From contig NW_024704742.1 in assembly GCF_018977255.1 (NCBI RefSeq), positions 56,608,001-56,672,000 of the forward strand: a stretch of DNA of 64,000 nucleotides, written 5' to 3'. Below, piece by piece: positions 62,813 through 64,000 of this stretch (position 1 is the stretch's first letter; every line of letters starts with the position of its first letter). The notes under the pieces are model-generated. The model was not told the DNA's origin. It did not search any database and worked only from the letters and a program-made list of their open reading frames with translations. The stretch comes from Callorhinchus milii (taxonomy: Eukaryota). The translations under genes and the position numbers were made by a program.

Positions 62813-63869
62813 ATCATTCTTGATGTGTGATCTACACAGAGAAATAATTCAGCTTAGGGAGTAGTCAAAGCTGAGCCTGATCTTATCTTCTCCAGCCATC
62901 CACACACATACACATATACTTTGACAAGAGGTCATTCCATAGAAATCAAGATGGGAAACACTGGAAAATACAGCCTATTATGTTGCAAGTGTATATGTAC
63001 ACACATATGCATTTTGCCCTATGTGTAATGACACAGAGAATTATAGGTGCCATTAATGATTGAATTAACATCCCTTTTACTGGTTCTTCACACCCTCCTC
63101 GAAAATGATACTTGCCAGTGATTGTTAGATGGAAATATTGAAAATATATAATTGGGATTGCTTACTTTTGTGCCTTACATTATATTCACATACAACGGGT
63201 TTAACCGTAATGGGTCAAGTAATGCCTAAAAGTATGAGTAGCATCAAATACACTAATTTAGAGATTATGCCCAATGTTTTTGTAAATCCCAGATTGTCTG
63301 CTACCTGGACTATTTCTGAGCTGGCAGGCTTTGAGTTGCAGTGCTTCGGGTCAGAATTTAAGGTTAATTATTAAAGTTGATCTTTGAGGAACAGCCTCTA
63401 CTAGGTACCTCAAAGGATTAAGTTGAGCTGAGAGCTTTCTAAAACTAAAGGTTAATTATTAGAGGAGATAAATCATAACAAATTTAAGTGATATGGGAAA
63501 GATAGCTGGGTTTAAAACTCTTTCTTCCATTCATCACTTCATTGGCATTGCATCTCAATCCCAGAAAGATTCTCAAGAAAGAAAGATTTCTCCAGGGCCA
63601 TTGTTTGCTGGGTCATTTCAAGGAAAAACAGCAATTGTGTGTACCCGGAATGGAGCTTAGGAATGCATTTCATCCATGACTGAAGCATTCTGTTGGGCCC
63701 CATACAATGCCTTCTGTAACTCACAGTGAAATACCCTTTCAGATTAAATTCATTCTTTCCATGTTGCAGGAATAAGAAATGGCAATATTCTCTAACCCCC
63801 CACACAATCTAAGGCCAATGATAGGACTGCAGCTTAAATGCTATTTTTGTCTTCTTTGGTATTCCTTTG

Positions 63870-63982
63870 CCCTTCACCCACAAAATATACAGTCAATTCA
63901 CTTTACAGTATATTCCGTGAAGCACTTTGAGACATCTTGAAGACGTGATAAAGCGTTATAGCAAATGCAAGAATTATTATAA
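63870..63982 (+). mobile_element. SINE 3' fragment
   Basis: cccacaaaatatacagtcaattcactttacagtatattccgtgaagcactttgagac. Confidence 0.88.
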
Positions 63983-64000
63983 CCTTTATTATCCATAAAA

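Noticed and set aside
1..64000. CRISPR array, operons or prokaryotic defence systems
   Set aside because: Recurrent ~35-bp motifs are dispersed SINE/L2 tails at irregular spacing and orientation; the sequence is vertebrate-like

Overview
AT-rich, repeat-dense vertebrate non-coding DNA (intronic or intergenic). I see no prokaryotic gene architecture, no CRISPR array and no host protein-coding gene I can recognise. The ORF-track entries are either translations of decayed retrotransposons or have no recognisable homology. The repeats are: many 5'-truncated CR1 and L2 LINEs; a tRNA-headed SINE with a Deu-like domain and an L2-type 3' tail (five full-length copies in two subfamilies, plus many 3' fragments); older SacSINE1/AmnSINE-like DeuSINEs; one Tigger/pogo-like MITE; and Penelope-like remnants. 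This mix suggests a cartilaginous fish, probably a holocephalan (chimaera/elephant-shark-like); that is inference from remembered repeat consensus, not a database result. Most notable: a decayed Penelope-type hammerhead ribozyme (~42.5 kb); a MITE carrying three PBX-MEIS/PKNOX decamers, two of them in a hairpin; a 3' stem-loop shared by the SINE and L2; microhomology and fold-back junctions in L2 copies; several unexplained local duplications; and a speculative set of short ATG-initiated phase-1 exons. I cannot support a claim of a genuinely new biological system. Repeat boundaries were estimated by eye and are approximate.
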